Source: the human T2T-CHM13v2.0 reference genome, Homo sapiens
Direction: 5' to 3' (one strand)
Length of the DNA stretch: 64,000 nt
Assembly: GCF_009914755.1 (NCBI RefSeq)
Contig: NC_060941.1
Positions 50,606-64,000 of the stretch are shown here, one piece after another (the stretch's first letter is position 1; each line of letters starts with the position of its first letter). The notes beneath the pieces were generated by a model that ran no database searches, was not told the origin of the DNA, and saw only the letters and a list, made by a program, of their open reading frames with translations. The translations under genes were made by a program, and so were the position numbers.

Positions 50606-51829
50606 CCGTCGGGGCTGGCCCCGCCCGGGGGAGGGCCGACGGGGGCGGCCTAGCTGACGCGCTGGGTCCGCCAGCGCCCGGGGGCTGAGGCCGCGCCTGC
50701 CCCCGCGCAGGACCGCACAGATGGTCTGCGCGCCAGGGCGGCGCCGGCGCCTTCTCCCCCTAGGTTCCCGCCTCCGGGCCGCGCGGGCGCCCTCCCGGGA
50801 TCAGGCCCGCTCCAAGGAGGGAGGCTGACGGGTTCCCTGTGGGCCCAGACCCCCAGTACTCTAGCATCGGGGAATCGTCCCCAGGAAGCCTTGTGAGAAG
50901 CCAAAAGGGAGCTCGAGGCGGGAGGGAGGAGCTGAGAGGTCCCATAATTAAGCGTCGGGCTTAGGACGGGTCGATATGTCACAAGGAATGCACCCGAAGG
51001 CTCTTCCTATAGGCTTCGTTTGCTGACCAATCACTGCATTCTCAATGGCAACTTGTTGCTTGGATTCTCATCAGAAGCAAATAATTGTCTTTGAGGGGGA
51101 ATGGGAACCAAGCTCTTCCCCACCCACTCCAAAGCTACTACCAGAGTTCTACAAATAGACATCTGCTCATTTCAAGAACACTACCCATCTGGTCTTCACG
51201 GAGTCCACGAGTGGCTCCTGTATAGTCCAGCATGTCCCGTTGGGTTTAACTCAGGAGGATGACAGAGGCTAGCCATATGCATCAATATTGTTTCGCCGAG
51301 TTCTCTACAAAACTAACTGATGCTCCCCCTCTAGGCTTTCAAGATAACTCAACAGTTTCCCAAAGTTTTGAGATTGTAAAAACCTTGTTTTTGTTGATTC
51401 CGTGTTTCATGCCCTGAAATCTCAGCCCTTAGTAAGATGCTGGGATAGAACCCACAGAGAGTAAAACAAAAACACTGAAACCCTGTATCTGCTATTCAAA
51501 ACGATGAGGTTGAGTGTGTGTGTGTGTGTAACCTAGAATCTAGGTCTTCTTAGATTGAAAATCATCGCAGTTCTAAGGAACTCTGATATCTGGAAAAATC
51601 CATACTCAGGCACCAATCAGTCATTTGAGAAAGCACGGTTTCTATGTCCCTAGAGAGACTCGGCTAAAAATTGGGGCTATAACATAGCAACTATCTTAAG
51701 TGGGCCCATCAACCATCCTATTCTGAGGTTCTTTCAATATCTGAAAAAGAAGAGGCTGAAAATTATACAGAAAGAAATCACTGGTCCTTTCACAAAATGA
51801 TGTTCAAGCATCCTGCCCAATTCAAGTCA

Positions 51830-53700
<1,871 letters not shown>

Positions 53701-54129
53701 GAGGAGATGGAATCACTGGGGAAGGTGGAGGGGACCAGTTTTACAGCTATTGCCACCCTTTCCATGCTGGCGATTACATTTCTCCACCCCATGCCCAGAG
53801 ATTTCTATCATCATCTCTTTGCTGGCCTCCTGCTCTGTCCTCATCATCAGGGTGGCACCCTTATTACCAGATTTCCACCCAGCAATTCACACCCATGCAC
53901 TCAGCCCCCATATGGGCATGGTGAGGAGGTACAGAATAAAACCGGTTTCCCAGTGGGTTACCCCCAAATGACCTACCCAGGAAGACATTTCTCCAAGAAG
54001 AAAATTCTGTGTTCTATCCTTCTTATTCCAGCCAGAAGAGATGTTGTACAGCCCGGTGACACCTCGTGGGACAAAGCAACCAGAAACAGAATTCTAGTAT
54101 GAAGTCTCTAATATTAAAAAAGAAAATAT

Positions 54130-55525
<1,396 letters not shown>

Positions 55526-55642
55526 TTAAAATATTGTTGTTTTGGCTAGGTGCAGTGGCTCATGCCTACCACTTTGGGAGGTCAAGGAGGCAGATCACTC
55601 GAATCCAGGAGTTCAAGACCAGCCTGGGCAACATGGTGAAAC

Positions 55643-56684
55643 CGATAGTGACAGGAGGCAGTCAAATGCCTAGGCAGATAGGGGTGGGTCCCCGGTGAAA
55701 TCCCACCTTCAAGCCAAAGACAGTTTAAAGCCTGAAAGCCAAGCTACAAGTCTTGGATGAATCCATGGACTGGATTGAGAACCCCTCTTCCTGTTTGGCA
55801 TGGTTTCCTCTGACTGAGCCCCATCCTTCACCTAATTTACATATACCTACCCTTCCCTAATTGATTTTTGACACTGTTGTGCCTTTGTTTCAGCCTTTTT
55901 GCCATACCCACAAACCAATCAGCACACGCTGCCCCATTCTGAGCCCATAAAAGCCCCGGACCCAGCCACACTGGGAGAGAGACCACCCAACTTCAGGTGG
56001 CAGACCATTCTCGCATTCCCTCTCTATTGAGAGATATTTCATTGCTCAATAAAACTCTTCTCCGCCCTCCTCACCCTTTGATTGTCAGTGTAGTCTCATT
56101 CTTCTTGGAAGTGGGACCCTGCTGAATGCAAATATGAAAAGGCAGTAACACTGTAGCCCTCTGCCCTGCATTGGCACCTGGCAGCTGCCCCACACTATGA
56201 CAGGGCTGGGCCAACCCAGAGCCATGGGCTAGAGCAGGGCAGTGGGACTGATAGAACTGTTAACCCCAGACTAAAAGAGCTGTTAGCATGTTGTAACACC
56301 CCCTCTGGGGCTTCAGGGTCACAGGCTTCCCTATTTGGGCACCACCACATTCCCCTCACCTGGATGCCAGAGTCCACCACAGGAGTCTCTTGCGACAGGT
56401 GTGGTCCAACTGCAAGCCCCACATGGAGCCCGCTTCTATGCCAGCACTTGGAGCTGCTGGCCAGACCCTGCACTCGCTCACCCACACACCCCTTCCCACT
56501 GGGGGCTGAGCATGCAATTGTGGTGCCTGTGGGATCCATGCTGGAGCACAAACCAGGCACAGCCTATGGGCTGAGTGGGCTGGATGCCTCCTGCAGCAAG
56601 CCCAGTGCCAAGCAAGGCCAGGACAGGGGCATCACTGGCCAGAGGTCTCTGGCTGGCAAAGCAGCCGAGAAAAATCCCGTGTCA
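55643..56684 (+). mobile_element. ERV1 solo LTR (LTR1/LTR27/LTR28-like) inserted inside an Alu (55545-55642 | 56685-56890)
   Basis: Starts (c)GATAGTGACAGGAGGCAG and ends GTGTCA; 4-bp TSD AAAC; TATA-like CCCATAAAAGCC and AATAAA near 56048; the Alu halves are continuous across it. Confidence 0.85.
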
Positions 56685-56858
<174 letters not shown>

Positions 56859-58315
56859 TCAAAAAAAAAAGAAAAAGAAAAAAAAATTGTTGTTTTCCCA
56901 TGATAGTAATTTCTGCATCAAAAGAGGGGGAAAAAGTGTTACATTTATTGCCTATGGATATTTGCGTTTTCAACTCCTGATTTAGAATGACCTGGGTGGA
57001 GTTTGGGAAAATTATTTTTCCCCTTCCACTCTCATCCCCATTCTTATCCTTGTAATTCCCACCTCCCTGAGATGAGCAAAGCCAGCAGGTGTGACCCTGC
57101 CAAAACTTTGAGATATTGGATCCTGGGGCTTTTTGGGCCCACAGGAGCCTATATCCCTTCACTATAACTTTTCTCCAGAATGTGGCGTGCACCCATCTGT
57201 GTCCAGGAGAACTGGCAGCTTTCTGACATCCACCTTCCCTGCCACTCCTAAACTCCATGTGGGCTTAACCCAACCTGTGGCCTCTCCTTCAGCCCAAAGA
57301 ACTTTAGATTCAGGTTTTAAATGTTTCAGCATATTCAACATTAGTTGTAGATTATTTTGGGGTTTTTTTTTTGAAACGTGATCCAATGTTCTTGAATGTT
57401 GTTGCTTACACCCACATTATTCTCACCTCTGGATATAACATTTCTGCCAGTCACTGCTCTAGGTGCTAGCACTTCACAGAGCATTCTAGGCAGAGGAAAC
57501 AACATATGCAAAGGTAGAGGCATGAATGGCCTTGAGTCTGATTCAAGAACAATGAAAAAGTTTGAGTTTTATGACCATTTGAGTTATGCAAATTTGAAAT
57601 CATTCATTATAAACCATTAATAGTACTTCATTATATACACAAAATTTGAAGTGGTGTGAAACCTTTGTAATATTTAATATTTGTCAGGAATTGCATACTT
57701 TCAAACCTGGTGGTGGTAAAGTGAGTTAGAAACTGTTTATGCTAGTGCCACATGGTGGAGCCATTTTAGCTGGAAAAATAGTATCTTTCCTTCAATAAAT
57801 TCACATTTATTGCTATGAGAAAAACAGTCTTGGATTTTGGAAGTTTTAAATTTTATGTGAAGATTTCAGGAATGTATCCCTTTCATAAAATTCGGCTGCT
57901 CTAGAATTTGGTGTGGCAGTAGCATAGAGTAAATGGCAGGGGAAAAAATGTATATAGGAGATAAGAGATGAGGTTGAAAAAATGGTTTACAGTCAAATCA
58001 TGAAGCCCTTTGAAAGGTATGCATCTTTTACTCATGGGGATATGACTCTACTCACAAAATTCTCCTATATCAGTAAAAAAAAAAAAATGAGAGAGAATCA
58101 ACTTCAAATTATATTTCCCATAAAGGGAATAGGTTGACATTATATTTTCCCCAAATTTCTCTCTTTCATTCATTTATTTAACTGCTTGTTGAACACCTAC
58201 TGATTGGCAGCAACTGTACTAGGCACTTGAAATACAAAAAATGAAGGAGACTAGTCCTTGACCTCAAGAAGCTTCAATCTAACAGGGAAAATGAACACAA
58301 CAAAATTAATCATTA

Positions 58316-58495
<180 letters not shown>

Positions 58496-58799
58496 TCAGG
58501 CACTGTATTAGATACAGAAATACACAGGAAAACCATATAGACAAGGTCTTTCCCTTCTGGTGCTTGCATTCTAGTGGGGGAGTTAGACAATAAACAAATA
58601 TATGCAGATAATTTCAAATAGTGACATAAAGAAAATAAAACACAATGATGTGATAGTGACTGGCCAGGGGGAGTAGTGGCATTAAAGGCCTCTTTAAGGA
58701 GGTGACTATTTGTCCTGAAACTGAATGGCAATAAAGATCTGGCTTTGTGAGGACCTGTGGGAGAAAGCAAGGGCAAGGGCCTTATAGAAACAAGCAGCA

Positions 58800-59547
58800 C
58801 TTAACAAGGTCATTGGGTTCATTTTGCCTGCTGCCCAGATAGAGCCAATTTATCACAACAGGGGAATTGCAATAGAAAAAGGGTTTAATACACGCAGAAC
58901 CAGCTAATTAGGAGACCAGAGCTTTATTATTACTCAAATCAGCCTCCCTGAAAACACAGAGGCTAGGGTTTTTCAAAGACAGTTTGGCAGGCAAAGGAAT
59001 GGGTTCAGCTGATTGGTTGGGGATACGATCATAGGGATGTGGAAACTCCAGTCCTTGTGTGTTGAGTCTACTTCTGGGTGGGGGCCACAGGACCAGTTGA
59101 GTCAAGAGTCATGGGTCTGGGTGAGGCTATCTGGTTGTCAGAAACGCGAAAGCCTGAAAAGACATCTCAAAAGGCCAATCTTAGGTTCTACAATAGTAGA
59201 TGTTCTACAGTAGTGATGTTATCAGTAGGAGTAACTGAGGAAGATGCAAATCTTGTGACCTCTAATAATGGCTGGTCATTATTTGCACCTAGATCTTAGC
59301 AGAATCCATGCTGCTCTAATCCTCCTAACTTGATGATCTTTTATTAGTTTTACAAAGGCAGTTTAATTTGGGGAAAGGCTATTATGATTTAAACTATAAA
59401 CTAAGTTTCTCCCAAAGTTAGCTTGGCCCAAGCCCAGGAATGAACAAGAACAGTTTGGAGGTTAAAGGCAATATGGGAGTTATTAGATCAGATCTTTTTC
59501 ATTGTCATAATTTTCTCACTGTTATAATTTTTGCAAAGGCAGTTTCA
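58800..59547 (-). mobile_element. ERV1 solo LTR, LTR8-like
   Basis: Minus strand begins TGAAACTGCCTTTGCAAAAATTATAACAGTGAG. Confidence 0.75.
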
Positions 59548-60147
59548 CTTCCTCTTTCAAGTCCAGTGGAAAAAAGTCTGGCTTTTTCTTACTCCCTCCT
59601 AAGAGTGAAGGCCAACTTTCCCAGAAGCTTTCAGCAAATCTCTCCCTGAATTTTGTAGTCCAAAAGGAGATCACATGCCTTTTCCTGAACCAATCATTGG
59701 TTAGGAGATGGGATTACCCTTACCTCAATGAAGCCTGTCCCTAGTACACTGGTCAGTTCCCCAAATTGTATTGTTTCTCCTCAGTGCTACGGAGATGGGA
59801 TGGTTGTCGAGAGTTAATCACAGTGTTCACTGCATCATCACAAGAAGTTTAGGTTTTATTCAAAGTGTAATGAGAGTTTTAAGAAATGAGACATGATTTG
59901 ATTTATGTTTCTAAGGGTAACTTTGAGGATAATTATAACACATTTAATTGGAAAATATAATATTAAATATATAAACATCAAACTAACAATAATATATATA
60001 AAGAACTCCAAAATATCAATAGGAAAAGACAAACAATCCAATAGAAAAGGAGACAAAAGACCTAAACAGACATTTTACAAAAAAGAAAGCATAAATGGCA
60101 AATAAACAATGATGATGGAAACACAAACTAAAAAGCAAATAAGATGC

Positions 60148-61081
<934 letters not shown>

Positions 61082-61277
61082 ATTCCCAGTTTATACCTAG
61101 ATAAGCAAAAATTTTGAAGGCAGGTATTAAAAAATATGTTGACAATTCTTTTGTACTGCTGATAGAAGTATAAATTAATATTACCACTTTAGAAAACATT
61201 TGTCAATATTTTGTAAAGTTGAAGACACACATACTCTATAATCTAGCAACGCTATTCTTGAGTATATTTTCTTGAGC

Positions 61278-61470
61278 TATTCTGTCCAATATAGTAGCCA
61301 CTAGATGCTTGTGGCTATTTAAATCTAAATTAATTAAAATAAAAAATTTAGTTTTGCAGTTATACTAGTTATATTCCACGTGCTTAATAGCCACACATGG
61401 CTGGAGGCTACCTCATTGGACGGAGAGCATATATATAGAACATTTTCATTATCACAGTAATTTCTCTTTC
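61278..61470. mobile_element. MER3-like hAT element
   Basis: ctgtccaatatagtagccactag...gccacacatggct...cattggac. Confidence 0.7.
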
Positions 61471-61628
61471 CCTAGAGAAGTTCTTGCGTACATGTACTAT
61501 AAGTCATGGTCAAAACTGTTGATTCTAGCTTTGCTGGTGATTGCATAAAAACTCAAGAAAAATCCACAGTTCATCAACAGAAATTTGTATGAATTGTGAT
61601 ATAAAAATCTACATGGATGAGTTTCAGA

Positions 61629-64000
<2,372 letters not shown>

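Larger units (their letters stand above)
49890..50975. promoter_or_regulatory. CpG island / TATA-less BLMH promoter with GC boxes
   Basis: Very high GC and CpG density covering exons 1-2; Sp1-type boxes CCCCGCCC (50619-50626) and GGGGCGG (50642-50648). Confidence 0.9.

Noticed and set aside
49876-50982. Long overlapping ORFs in the CpG island (192, 164 and 110 aa)
   Set aside because: Stop codons are depleted in GC-rich DNA and antisense to exon 2, and there are no recognisable domains.

Overview
Human (primate) genomic DNA containing the complete bleomycin hydrolase gene BLMH (17q11.2, recalled as lying between SLC6A4 and TMIGD1/CPD) on the minus strand. I traced 12 coding exons by hand. 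All have GT-AG boundaries and join into 1368 nt (455 aa plus stop), from ATG 50370 to TGA 7566, with the papain-fold catalytic residues Gln67/Cys73/His372/Asn396. This haplotype encodes Val443. The gene has a CpG-island promoter with a (CCG)10 repeat, a near-perfect MARE/ARE, and a poly(A) signal at 6772-6777. The rest is intron or intergenic DNA rich in Alu, L1, L2, MIR, DNA-transposon fossils and three upstream ERV1 solo LTRs, plus retrocopies of U6, U2 and probably SNORD63. Almost all ORFs in the supplied track are repeat-derived or chance. I found no convincing new multi-gene system. The best leads are an in-frame CUG in perfect Kozak context (in an open frame that runs through the CCG repeat), a perfect 100-bp tandem duplication, a diverged hairpin-forming direct repeat bracketing exons 8-9, and a MER41 LTR with one intact GAS site. 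Repeat family names are from memory of consensus sequences and their boundaries are approximate.
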